NCBI GenBank assembly: GCA_023416275.1
Contig: JAEZIB010000155.1
Coordinates: 7,260-71,259 of the forward strand
From: Bacillota bacterium
GTDB lineage: Bacteria; Bacillota; Clostridia; Acetivibrionales; DSM-1351
Direction: 5' to 3'
DNA length: 64,000 nucleotides
This document shows positions 28,875 to 38,480 of this stretch, piece by piece. Within the stretch, counting starts at the first letter, position 1; each line of letters begins with the position of its first letter. The position numbers and the translations under genes were made by a program. The notes beneath the pieces are model-generated. The model saw nothing but the letters and a program-made list of their open reading frames with translations, did no database searches and was not told where the DNA came from.

Positions 28875-31559
28875 TTATTTTGTCTCATACCAGGTTTCTC
28901 CATGCTTAACATCTACAGTTATAGGAACTGCTAATGACACCGCATTTTCCATACAATCCTTCAGAAGCTTTGAAACCTCATCTAACTCAGTCTTTTCAGT
29001 TTCTATTATAAGCTCATCATGTACCTGTAATATCAATCTTGATTTTAACTTCCTTTTTTTGAGTTCATTATAAACCTTTACCATCGATATCTTAATAATA
29101 TCTGCTGCAGTTCCTTGTATTGGAGTATTCATAGCAATACGCTCTCCAAAGGCACGCATATGGAAATTGCTGGACTTAAGCTCAGGAAGATATCTTCTTC
29201 TGTTAAAAACAGTAGTAACAAAGCCCATCTCCCTACCCTTTTCAACTGTTTCACTCATATATTCTTTTACACTAGAGTACTTATTCAGGTATTCATCAAT
29301 ATACCTTTTTGCTTCCTTTTTAGTAACTCCAATATCCTGTGCCAGACTAAAATCTCCTATTCCATATACAATACCAAAGTTAACAGCCTTTGCTCTGGAT
29401 CTCATCATGGGAGAAACCTCATTTACAGGGATACCAAATACCTTAGAGGCGGTAGTGGTATGAATATCTTCATTGCTATTAAATGCCTCAATCATATTTT
29501 TGTCACCGGTAATGTGCGCTAAAACTCTCAACTCTATCTGAGAATAATCGGCATCAAGCAGTACATAATTTTTGTCAGAGGGAATGAAAACCTTCCTGAT
29601 ATTTCTACCAAGCTCCAGCTTTATTGGAATATTCTGAAGATTAGGTTCTGTACTGCTAATTCTTCCGGTTGCTGTAACTGTTTGATTAAAGCTAGAATGA
29701 ATCTTGCCTGTATTTTTGTCAATGACAGTCAATAACCCGTCAGCATATGTTGATTTTAATTTCATTAATTGTCTATATTCAAGTATTCTATCTACAATCT
29801 CATGTTTTTGAGATAGCTTTTCCAACACCTCAGCACCTGTTGAATATCCTGTTTTTGTCTTTTTAGCTGAAGGCAGACCTAGCTTTTCAAACAGAATAAC
29901 CCCCAATTGTTTTGGAGAATTTATATTAAAATTCTCACCAGCAAGCATATAAATTTCATTTTCTAAAACAGAGATTTTTCCATCTAGCTCCTTTGAAAAA
30001 GTCTGAAGTCCTTCTACATCTACCTTGAAACCCCATAGTTCCATATCTGCAAGCACTTCAACAAGCGGTAGCTCAATACTATAAAATAACTCTTCTTGTT
30101 CATTTTCTTTAATAACGGGAGCAAAAGCTTGAACCAACTCAAAAATTACCTTAGCACATGTTGCACAGATTGTATTGGTGTCCATTTCAAGATTTTGTTC
30201 CAGCTTTTTACCGTGTTTATCATACAAATTTTCTGCAGGAGTTATCGCCTTATTCAGAATATCCTCCGATAACTCCGAAATCCTATAACTGCTTCTGGTG
30301 GGCTCTAATATATAAGCAGCAATCATAGTGTCAAAGGCAAGACCATTTATCTCTATACCAGAAGCTTTTAAATGCTTAATAAACACCTTTAGGTCATGAC
30401 CATATTTCTTTATTTCCTTGTCCTCAAATATGTCCTTAAGAGCTTTTATTGCTGTACCACTTGAAAAATCCTTTGAGAATATAAAAACTGCCGGTATTGA
30501 ATTATCTTCACATGTATAAATGCATAGGTCATCTACAAAGCTCCCTGAAAGATCCATGTGATAATAAACAGTCATACTTTTGCTGGCTTTAATTGCTTTA
30601 ATGTACTGTTCTAAATCAGCTATAGAACTTATTTTTATGTGCTCAGTAGTCATGTTATCTAAAGCCTGTAAAGATGCATTTTCTTTTAAGCCAAATTTCT
30701 CTATAAAGGTTCTAAACTCTAGCTTCTTGAAAATATCATAAAGCTTGTCCTTATCAAAATCAACCCTAAGATATTGCTCCATACTGCAAATATCAGGCAT
30801 TCTTCTCTCAATTGTAGCAAGCCTTTTACAAAGAAAAGCCAAATCCTTATTTGCCTCTAATTTCTCACGAACGCCTTTCTTATCAATTAAATCTATATTT
30901 TCATATATCTCTTCTATACTGTTAAACTTTTTAATTAATTCAAGAGCAGTTTTTTCTCCAATTCCAGGAACACCAGGAATATTGTCTGAAGGGTCTCCCA
31001 TAAGTCCCTTTACATCAATTAGCTTAATTGGAGTCACACCATATTTTTCAAATACCTTCTGAGAGTCATACTCATCTGTTTCAGTTTTATTTCCTCTTGT
31101 AACTGGAAGCTTAATTCTTGTAGTTTCTGAGGCAAGCTGCAAAGAGTCTCTATCACCAGTTAATAAAATAGCTTCCATTCCATTTTCTTCTGCACATAGA
31201 GAAATAGAACCTAATATATCATCTGCCTCATAACCCACTACCTCAACCCTTTTAATATTCATAGCATCTAAAACCTGCTTGATAATGGGAACCTGCTCAG
31301 CTAACTCTGGTGGCATTCCCTTTCTTTGGGCTTTGTATTGATCGTACTCCTTGTGTCTGAAGGTAGGTGCTTTTAAGTCAAAAGCCACACATAAGTATTT
31401 AGGCTCTTCTTCTGCCAAATATTTAGATATAATATTTATAAAGCCAAATACAGCATTTGTGTGTACACCTTCAGAGTTTGTGAGGTTGGTTGTTTTACTA
31501 AGCCCATAAAAAGCCCTGTTCAAAATACTATTACCATCAACAATCATTATCTTTTCCAA
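28875..31559 (-). CDS. polA: DNA polymerase I
   Basis: 894 aa with a 5'-nuclease domain, a 3'-5' exonuclease-like domain and a family A polymerase domain (motifs DYSQIELRVLAH, QVHDELI). Confidence 0.97.
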   Translation of the reverse strand: MEKIMIVDGNSILNRAFYGLSKTTNLTNSEGVHTNAVFGFINIISKYLAEEEPKYLCVAFDLKAPTFRHKEYDQYKAQRKGMPPELAEQVPIIKQVLDAMNIKRVEVVGYEADDILGSISLCAEENGMEAILLTGDRDSLQLASETTRIKLPVTRGNKTETDEYDSQKVFEKYGVTPIKLIDVKGLMGDPSDNIPGVPGIGEKTALELIKKFNSIEEIYENIDLIDKKGVREKLEANKDLAFLCKRLATIERRMPDICSMEQYLRVDFDKDKLYDIFKKLEFRTFIEKFGLKENASLQALDNMTTEHIKISSIADLEQYIKAIKASKSMTVYYHMDLSGSFVDDLCIYTCEDNSIPAVFIFSKDFSSGTAIKALKDIFEDKEIKKYGHDLKVFIKHLKASGIEINGLAFDTMIAAYILEPTRSSYRISELSEDILNKAITPAENLYDKHGKKLEQNLEMDTNTICATCAKVIFELVQAFAPVIKENEQEELFYSIELPLVEVLADMELWGFKVDVEGLQTFSKELDGKISVLENEIYMLAGENFNINSPKQLGVILFEKLGLPSAKKTKTGYSTGAEVLEKLSQKHEIVDRILEYRQLMKLKSTYADGLLTVIDKNTGKIHSSFNQTVTATGRISSTEPNLQNIPIKLELGRNIRKVFIPSDKNYVLLDADYSQIELRVLAHITGDKNMIEAFNSNEDIHTTTASKVFGIPVNEVSPMMRSRAKAVNFGIVYGIGDFSLAQDIGVTKKEAKRYIDEYLNKYSSVKEYMSETVEKGREMGFVTTVFNRRRYLPELKSSNFHMRAFGERIAMNTPIQGTAADIIKISMVKVYNELKKRKLKSRLILQVHDELIIETEKTELDEVSKLLKDCMENAVSLAVPITVDVKHGETWYETK

Positions 31560-31647
31560 AATAAATTAGCCTCCTTGGGCATTAATATAAGATTATAGCC
31601 GATAAACTGACGAATTCGAAAACTGATATTATACAAAATTAATACAA

Positions 31648-32907
31648 TTATGAAAGTACAAAAAATATCCTAACAACAACTATTTCTTTTTCATTAATTA
31701 TTTTATTCATTTCCTGAATAAGTCTTTCTTTTTCAGCTTCATAAGCCGATGTATCCTCTTTATTTTTTGATGCAATTGTAATCTTGTTATCTATTTCCAC
31801 TTTTTTCTTATTTAATTCATTGTAGATTTCACTGATATCTTTTTTTATTATATCAGTTTTGGAGTTAAATTCCAGATGGTATTTTTCTGACCTTGTTTCC
31901 AGCAAACTATACTGATTTATAGGTAAATAGTAATCAACGTATTCTTGATCTATGATAAAGCTAGTTGCTGACTCAATTGCTGAAGTATTCGAGTTAGCTT
32001 TATCCGAGTTTTCAGCAGAATTCATATTTTTATCAACATTGTTTTCTGAAACTTTATGTAGCTCACTCGCACCAATATCGTTCATTAATAATTTTAACTG
32101 TTCAATTTCTTTACGCTCAGCTGATACCGCCATTTTTATTTCCGAATAATTTGAAATATATTTTGCAGTATCGGGATTATTACTTGATATTGAATATAGT
32201 AGTGCGTCATTTTTTTGTTGCGCATCTTGGCTACCGCTATCTGTGTCCACTCCTTGTTCAACTTGAAAAGTTCTCACTCTTAAATTATTGTCCGTTGCAG
32301 CATTTTCTTTATTATCAGTTGGTATTGATTCGCTGAAGGTTAATTTGATATCTTTATCTTCAGACATAACCCCCGCTGCTACCTCTTCAGTGCTCTTTGC
32401 ACTTGATAAATTATTTTCACCACTAGCTTGATCTTGCATGCTTTTTCCAACTTCACTGTTTAAATCACCTAAATTATCAGTAGTTTGAGCCTTTTTGCTT
32501 TCTAGTTGTGGGGCCTCACTGTAATTAGCAGTAGAATCGTTTTTTGTAACCATACTTGGCATCAAATTATATGCTAATAGTGAAATAACAAGAACAGCTG
32601 CCGTTGAAAGACTGGCAATAAACCTTTTGCTTTTTATAATAAACACTAATTTTTCTTGCTTATTCTTTTTATTTGAACTTTCGCTTACTTGTTGAAGTCG
32701 TATATGAAGTGCCTCTGAAAAATTCTCTGGAAGCGGCATATCCTGTTCTTCCTTACACAACTCAGCACAATATAAAGCTTCCTCAAATTTAGCTGAGCAA
32801 TGGCGGCAATTATTCATATGTTCTAAAAAGTCTGACTTTGTCTCATCATCTAGCAGCTCATCTATATATAACGAAATATATTCATCACATTCTTTGCAGA
32901 AATTCAT
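31648..32907 (-). CDS. anti-sigma factor (zf-HC2), single-pass membrane protein
   Basis: N-terminal CKEC...H..NCRHC zinc-finger anti-sigma motif, one TM segment, and a low-complexity extracytoplasmic region with a coiled-coil end. It lies immediately downstream of the ECF sigma gene. Confidence 0.7.
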   Translation of the reverse strand: MNFCKECDEYISLYIDELLDDETKSDFLEHMNNCRHCSAKFEEALYCAELCKEEQDMPLPENFSEALHIRLQQVSESSNKKNKQEKLVFIIKSKRFIASLSTAAVLVISLLAYNLMPSMVTKNDSTANYSEAPQLESKKAQTTDNLGDLNSEVGKSMQDQASGENNLSSAKSTEEVAAGVMSEDKDIKLTFSESIPTDNKENAATDNNLRVRTFQVEQGVDTDSGSQDAQQKNDALLYSISSNNPDTAKYISNYSEIKMAVSAERKEIEQLKLLMNDIGASELHKVSENNVDKNMNSAENSDKANSNTSAIESATSFIIDQEYVDYYLPINQYSLLETRSEKYHLEFNSKTDIIKKDISEIYNELNKKKVEIDNKITIASKNKEDTSAYEAEKERLIQEMNKIINEKEIVVVRIFFVLS

Positions 32908-32927
32908 TGTTATCCCTCCCTTCAATA

Positions 32928-33524
32928 TTATTTGACGTAATCAGTAAATAAATGTTCCTTATCTTTGCACAATAAATCTCTTAATTCAGCTCTTGCTCTG
33001 CTAATTCTTGATTTAACTGTCCCAACAGGCGACTGAATGATTTCGGCTATTTCATCATAGCTAAATCCATTTAAATCCCTAAGTATAATTATAAGTCTGT
33101 TTTTTTCACTCATTGTAGAGAGTGCATCATTTATAGCTCTCCTTTGAGCGTTAATCTCTGCCAGTTTTTCAGGTCCCGGACTTTTTGAAATCAACCTATC
33201 TTCTACCTTCAAATCCTCAAAGGTTTTTTGCTCAAGAGAAATATCTTTCTTGTTTTTATTTTTTCTCAAAAAATCAAGGCATACATTAGTTGCAATGCGA
33301 TATAACCATGTGGAAACAGAGCAATTGCCTTTAAAGTCTTTAATGTACTTAAATGCTTTTATAAACGTCTCTTGTGCCTGCTCACTTGCATCCTCAGAAT
33401 TATTCAACATTCTATAACATATATTGTATACCTTTATATAATAAATGCTGGTAAGTTCCTCAAATGCTTGAACATTCCCATCTCGCGCCTTTTTTAAAAG
33501 AAGATTTTCGTTTTCAAGTTTCAT
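32928..33524 (-). CDS. ECF-type RNA polymerase sigma factor
   Basis: 198 aa with sigma-70 region 2 (YRIATNVCLDFLRK) and region 4 (SYDEIAEIIQSPVGTVKSRISRA). Confidence 0.88.
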   Translation of the reverse strand: MKLENENLLLKKARDGNVQAFEELTSIYYIKVYNICYRMLNNSEDASEQAQETFIKAFKYIKDFKGNCSVSTWLYRIATNVCLDFLRKNKNKKDISLEQKTFEDLKVEDRLISKSPGPEKLAEINAQRRAINDALSTMSEKNRLIIILRDLNGFSYDEIAEIIQSPVGTVKSRISRARAELRDLLCKDKEHLFTDYVK

Positions 33525-33624
33525 AGCTTTTTGATCCTACTTTCTTATAATACTATTTCGTATTTAAAATATAGAAACAATATCCTAAATATTGCTTTGA
33601 ATATTTTTATCACCGATTAATGCA

Positions 33625-33740
33625 GTGCCAAGCTTGAAAACAAAGCTTGTACGAACATAGTGCATTTTCAAGCACAAAAAACCACAAGTGGTTTTTGCAG
33701 TGAAAACTATATGAAAAGGGGCGTAGGAGGTTATTATTTA
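33625..33740 (+). repeat. family-A repeat copy in the opposite orientation, with an orphan SD module
   Basis: Palindromic unit GCTTGAAAACAAAGCTTGTACGAACATAGTGCATTTTCAAGC (33632-33673), hairpin AAAAAACCACAAGTGGTTTTT, then AAAAGGGGCGTAGGAGGTTATT (33715-33736). No start codon follows that module. Confidence 0.75.
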
Positions 33741-34023
33741 AACAACATTTTTGCAAATCTTTGCTCCATCCCCTCAAATGTAACTATATAAAATGCAAAT
33801 CAAAATTCTAAATGCAAATTAGTATAAGAGGTGCGACTCTATGACTTTTATCTTAAGTATTATATCATAATATTTTTCTTATGTAATGTTAAAACAAAAT
33901 TAAGCTTTGTATACTATGTACATATTTTTCTAAAAAATTCTTTAAATTTTTTTAAATAATGAAGAAGGTTCTTGCTACTTTTTATAGAATAAGTTAATAT
34001 AAATTTTTTTGAAGGAGTTAAAT

Positions 34024-34440
34024 ATGGTTAGTACAATTCTTGTAACTGATGATAACGCTTTAGATAATGCTATTCTCAGAAATTATCTATATAAAGAACA
34101 CATCAATTTTGTTTCTGCACTTAATGGAAAAGAAGCACTGGATATGATAGAAAGCAGAAATATCGATATCATAATATTGGACTTAGAAATGCCAGTTCTG
34201 GACGGATTTGGATTTTTAGAAATGTTTTCCAAGACTGATTTATACAGAGAAATACCAATTATTTTGGCTTCAAGTGCTGAAAAAGAAGTTTACGAAAAAG
34301 CATTTGCTTATGATATTTTTGATTATATCAAAAAACCACTAACTCAGACAGATAAACTTGTATTTATCAATAAAATAAGAAAAGCATTGGAATTCCGAAA
34401 AATGAAATTAGAATTAAATAAGCTAAAAGTAATTGTTTAA
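34024..34440 (+). CDS. stand-alone response-regulator receiver protein (CheY-like)
   Basis: The DD / D(LDLEMP) / S / K(KKP) receiver residues are present and there is no output domain. Start at ATG 34024 (GAAGGAG N7). Confidence 0.85.
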   Translation: MVSTILVTDDNALDNAILRNYLYKEHINFVSALNGKEALDMIESRNIDIIILDLEMPVLDGFGFLEMFSKTDLYREIPIILASSAEKEVYEKAFAYDIFDYIKKPLTQTDKLVFINKIRKALEFRKMKLELNKLKVIV

Positions 34441-34443
34441 TGT

Positions 34444-34803
34444 TCATAATATAACACATTCACCTGGATAGCTTATAGTTACTTTTCCTTCTCTTGCCAG
34501 TAGTGGTCCCATTAAAATTATCGAAGACCTCATTTCTGTTGCAAGATTTTCAGGTACAATAGTAGAAGATATTGTAGACGAATCTATTATCGCTGTATTA
34601 TCTTCTACTTTTACTTTACATCCCAATCTTCTTAGAATATCTAAAATAACTTCCACATCTTTAAACATTGGGCAGTTTTTAATTATATTTTCTTCCCCGT
34701 TTAAGATTGTAGCTGCTAGAATTGGCAAGACTGAATTTTTTGCACCTTCAATTCTAATCTCACCCTTTAATTTTTTACCTCCCGTGACTATTATTTTGCT
34801 CAT
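34444..34803 (-). pseudogene. murA: murA, N-terminal 114 codons, severed at the active-site loop
   Basis: MSKIIVTGGKKLKGEIRIEGAKNSVLPILAA...MRSSIILMGPLLAREGKVTISYPG, then ECVIL-stop read from the junction. It retains a GGAGG-N9-ATG start site. Confidence 0.85.
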
Positions 34804-35329
34804 AATATAACACACCTCCGTCACATTGGGACATTATTAATATCTTTAATTCCACGTGATTCCCTCCTTATAATACTATAATTGGTAAGTCATATATATC
34901 CATTAACAGTCATTAAACTTTTCTAGAATTTAAAAAATTATAATTCTTTGATTTATTTATGTTTGTTCTGAAAACAGTTTAGGCATTGAGTGTTATTGCT
35001 TAATGAACCAAAACTATAAAAAATAGTAGTAGTGTTGAACGTCAATAATTTTATTTACTATATCCCCGCAATACTATTTTATGCTTTTATTTATAAAGTG
35101 TTACTACCCTATAATTTGTCAGGAATTAGGAACAAGTAATCTACTCTCAAAATTATGATAATTAAGGTTTGGGGCTTATTAATGGAATTGAGTTAAATAT
35201 AATTGCATGAATAATGGGAATGATTTATTTAAATCTATTATGTATAAATAGGGCAGTTTGAGCATTATACACACAATTTTACTTTTTAATTATATCTATA
35301 TTGTCAAAACTGCCCGTAGCATTATTCTT

Positions 35330-35599
35330 TTATGGCATTTGTGATTGGATATTTTTTACCTTTTGCTGTGCCATTGAAATTTCTTGTTGATTAGCATTTT
35401 GAACAGGATACCATCCCTTTTGCGACATCATATCAAAAACTTGCTTTTGACCATTAAAGGTTTTTGTCAAAATACTTTGAACATCACTTCTTAACATTTG
35501 GCAAGAACTTTCAAGTACCAAGTTTGTTAAAGAAGATGCAGACAGCTTGTGTTCATTTAAAATTGATGACATTATTTCTTTGTCTGTTAAATTTGCCAA
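35330..35599 (-). CDS. Coat F domain spore coat protein
   Basis: 89 aa with the pattern L.DKEI..S.LNE.K......L.LES....LR......Q..VF..M...GWY, typical of the clostridial CotF-like pair. Confidence 0.6.
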   Translation of the reverse strand: MANLTDKEIMSSILNEHKLSASSLTNLVLESSCQMLRSDVQSILTKTFNGQKQVFDMMSQKGWYPVQNANQQEISMAQQKVKNIQSQMP

Positions 35600-35617
35600 A
35601 ATATCGCCTCCTATTTA

Positions 35618-35812
35618 TTATTGTCCAGCAGTATTTACATGCTTCATAAGAATTTGTAAATCGTTCTTTTCCTCGCTTGCCAATTGATTGCAGAGATTTT
35701 TTACCTGACTATCAGTTGCAAGCTGCGCACAGCCCTGTAAATATTTTATGTTACTTTCACACATGCTAATATTATCTTGTATTAGCATAAGTTCTTTACT
35801 TGTAAGTGGCAT
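35618..35812 (-). CDS. small Coat F domain spore coat protein
   Basis: 64 aa. MPLTSKELMLIQDN...C..L.....VK.LC.QLA.EE...LQIL resembles the short partner of CotF-like proteins. Confidence 0.55.
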   Translation of the reverse strand: MPLTSKELMLIQDNISMCESNIKYLQGCAQLATDSQVKNLCNQLASEEKNDLQILMKHVNTAGQ

Positions 35813-36102
35813 AATAGTCCTCCTTATAAATTAATACTCAGATAATTTATAATTTTTTACCACTACAAAAAATCCGAGTTCTATAATATTGTTTCAAATA
35901 CTTTATATTTTATTCTAGAAACCTTTGCATGAGAGAAAAATGAGCTACTTAACTTTTGAATAGGTAAATCTAACGGTGTAAGAGAATTATGAACTGCGAA
36001 GTTGAATATGAAGGACTTAGCAGAAGCTTGGAAATACAGATTTTACTATAATAGTTTAAGGAAGGCTTGCAGCCAAAGACCACAAGCCTATTTTATAAGA
36101 TT

Positions 36103-37332
36103 TTAACTGTTTATTTTAATTCTTACAAAGTTCTTTTTACCTCTTTGTAGCATCATCTGGTCATCTATTAAATCACTTTTTCCTACAGAGTATTCAATGC
36201 TGTCTACTTTGTTTTCATTTAGTGAAACTCCGCCCTGCTGAACAGCTCTGCGTGCTTCACTCTTTGAAGGTGTCAAGCCAGCAATTACTAATAAATCAGT
36301 TATTTTTATTCCTGCTTCAAGTTCTGTTAAGCTTATTTCAACTGATGGAACGTTATCTGATTTGCCTTTACCTCCAAAAATAGCTTCAGCAGCCTCTTTT
36401 GCTTTTAATGCCTCTGTGTCGCCATGAACAATTTTTGTAACTTCATAAGCAAGCACAGCTTTTGCTTCATTTATTTGAGCATCCTTAAGAGCACCTAATC
36501 TTTTTACCTCTTCCATTGGTAAGAAAGTCAGCAATGACAAGCATCTTTCAACATCGTTATCACTTACATTTCTCCAGTACTGGTAAAATTCATATGGACT
36601 TGTTTTTTGAGGATCAAGCCAAATAGCTCCTCCCTCAGTTTTTCCCATCTTTTTACCCTCGCTCGTAGTGAGAAGAGTAAATGTCATACCGTAAACGCTC
36701 TTTGATTCACATTTTCTGACAAGCTCAAGTCCCCCTAGAATATTAGACCATTGATCGTCACCGCCCAACTGCATTTGACAATCATATTTTTTATTTAACA
36801 CTAGAAAATCATAACTCTGCATTAGCATGTAATTAAATTCTAAAAATGTTAAACCCTTTTCCATTCTGCTTTTAAAGCACTCAGCTGTAAGCATTCTATT
36901 AACAGAAAAATGAACTCCAACATTTCTTAAAAATTCTACGTAATTCAAGTCTAAGAGCCAATCAGAATTGTCCACCATAATTGCTTTATCATCAGAAAAA
37001 TCAATGAATTTTGAAATTTGTGTTTTAAAGCAGCTTGAATTGTGCTCAATAATTTCCTTTGTCATCATTTTTCTCATATCATTTTTGCCTGTTGGATCAC
37101 CAACCATTGCAGTTCCGCCGCCTATAAGCGCGATTGGTCTGTGGCCATGCTGTTGCATATGAGCCATAACCATTAGCTGTAAAAAATGTCCAACATGTAA
37201 ACTATCAGCAGTAGGATCAAACCCAATATAAAAAGTAACCTTTTTTTCACTCAATAGCTTTTTGACTTCATCTTCATGTGTAATCTGAGCAATAAATCCT
37301 CTCTCTTGTAATACATCAAAAACATTTTTCAT
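36103..37332 (-). CDS. tyrS: tyrosine--tRNA ligase
   Basis: HIGH-type motif (LHVGH), KMSKS-type motif (KMGKT) and a C-terminal S4 domain, 409 aa. Confidence 0.96.
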   Translation of the reverse strand: MKNVFDVLQERGFIAQITHEDEVKKLLSEKKVTFYIGFDPTADSLHVGHFLQLMVMAHMQQHGHRPIALIGGGTAMVGDPTGKNDMRKMMTKEIIEHNSSCFKTQISKFIDFSDDKAIMVDNSDWLLDLNYVEFLRNVGVHFSVNRMLTAECFKSRMEKGLTFLEFNYMLMQSYDFLVLNKKYDCQMQLGGDDQWSNILGGLELVRKCESKSVYGMTFTLLTTSEGKKMGKTEGGAIWLDPQKTSPYEFYQYWRNVSDNDVERCLSLLTFLPMEEVKRLGALKDAQINEAKAVLAYEVTKIVHGDTEALKAKEAAEAIFGGKGKSDNVPSVEISLTELEAGIKITDLLVIAGLTPSKSEARRAVQQGGVSLNENKVDSIEYSVGKSDLIDDQMMLQRGKKNFVRIKINS

Positions 37333-37445
37333 TACCTATCACTCCTCATTAATCTAATAATTTAAAATTTGATTTTCATATTCCGTTAACTTAATTCTCA
37401 TTATTGCGTAGCATAGCCAAGTTGGATTGAAATATCTATTATGCA

Positions 37446-37705
37446 AAAATAAAAGCCCTTTGTCCTAATATAAGGACGAAGAGCTCGTGGTACCACCTTA
37501 ATTCACACCTATTATTATCATAAAACAATTTTAATGATATATTTAAGATAATAAGATGTCTTAATAAGCTATAACGGGCATACCCGACATAAGCAGCTCA
37601 TAATTTGTAATTCACCGTTTCTGCGTATTTCAATCTTTTCACCAACCAGATTGCTCTCTTAAAATAACTGCAGACAGCTAATAGGGATTAATCATCGCTT
37701 TAAAT
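37446..37705 (-). promoter_or_regulatory. T-box leader, Tyr specifier (UAC), with terminator
   Basis: Minus strand carries AGCGATGA, AGAGAG and GGTTGGTGAAAAG Stem-I motifs. The specifier context is GAAU-UAC-A (UAC at 37607-37609). T-box core AATTAAGGTGGTACCACG, then a terminator stem CTTCGTCCT..AGGACAAAG followed by a U-tract. Confidence 0.85.
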
Positions 37706-37717
37706 ATTCTTTGAACA

Positions 37718-37747
37718 ATTCTACCACATAAAATAACGTCATTGCAA
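37718..37747 (-). promoter_or_regulatory. putative sigma-A promoter of the tyrS leader
   Basis: Minus strand reads TTGCAA-18 nt-TAGAAT. Confidence 0.4.
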
Positions 37748-37823
37748 CTATAATAATTTTTTACTTAACTTTTCAATAAAAATAAGAATAGTTTTGGCTT
37801 TTCTTTTTAAAACATTGTAAATG

Positions 37824-38480
37824 TTATCCAATGAAGAATTCTTTTAATTCCTGTTGGTCATTCAATGATGATGCTGTAATAATAAAATCCCCATCTAATA
37901 ATACAGTATCACCTTTAGGAATTACTACTGAGTCCTCCCTAATTACAGATATCAATACACAGTCCTTTGGGATTGTAATTTCCTTTAAGGATTTGTTTAC
38001 AACTGGCGATGACGCTGTAATGGTTATTTCACTTAGTGCCACCTTTCCTCCCTTGAGCTTCATAAGTGTCTTCATGCCCATGAAATCAACCTCTTGCTCA
38101 ATTAAATCTGCAATTACTGAAGTACTACTCAAGGCAATATCTACCCCTAGTTTTTCAAAAATATCTATATTTTTTGGATTATTTACCCTTGCTATTGTCC
38201 TTCTCACTCCAAAATTTCTTTTTGCAAGCTGACAGGCAATAAGATTGTTCTCATCTTTTCCTGTAACAGCTATAAAGGTATCCGCTTTATCAACTAAGCA
38301 CTCTGTTAAATGATCTATATTTGTACCATCTCCATTAACAACAGTTATCCTCAACTCATTCGCTATTTTTTCACACAAATTTTTTTTACTTTCAATGACG
38401 GCTATTTTATGTTTATATTGGTGAAGAGTCTTAGCTAAATAGTAACCAACGTTTCCTCCACCTGCAATTACAATGTTCAT
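37824..38480 (-). CDS. trkA: Trk/Ktr potassium uptake regulatory subunit (TrkA-N plus TrkA-C)
   Basis: NAD fold IVIAGGGNVGYYLA and a C-terminal RCK_C part, 218 aa. Confidence 0.88.
   Translation of the reverse strand: MNIVIAGGGNVGYYLAKTLHQYKHKIAVIESKKNLCEKIANELRITVVNGDGTNIDHLTECLVDKADTFIAVTGKDENNLIACQLAKRNFGVRRTIARVNNPKNIDIFEKLGVDIALSSTSVIADLIEQEVDFMGMKTLMKLKGGKVALSEITITASSPVVNKSLKEITIPKDCVLISVIREDSVVIPKGDTVLLDGDFIITASSLNDQQELKEFFIG

Noticed and set aside
22560-34470. Split intein or trans-splicing explanation for the two murA halves, because the break sits next to a Cys and the C-piece is preceded by ..NIVTHS.
   Set aside because: The N-piece has only 5 extra residues (ECVIL) and the C-piece at most about 20 non-MurA residues with no SD or start. 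No intein blocks are present (no Cys1 N-terminal splicing domain and no terminal HN). The junction is better explained at the DNA level by the inverted ends plus direct duplication.
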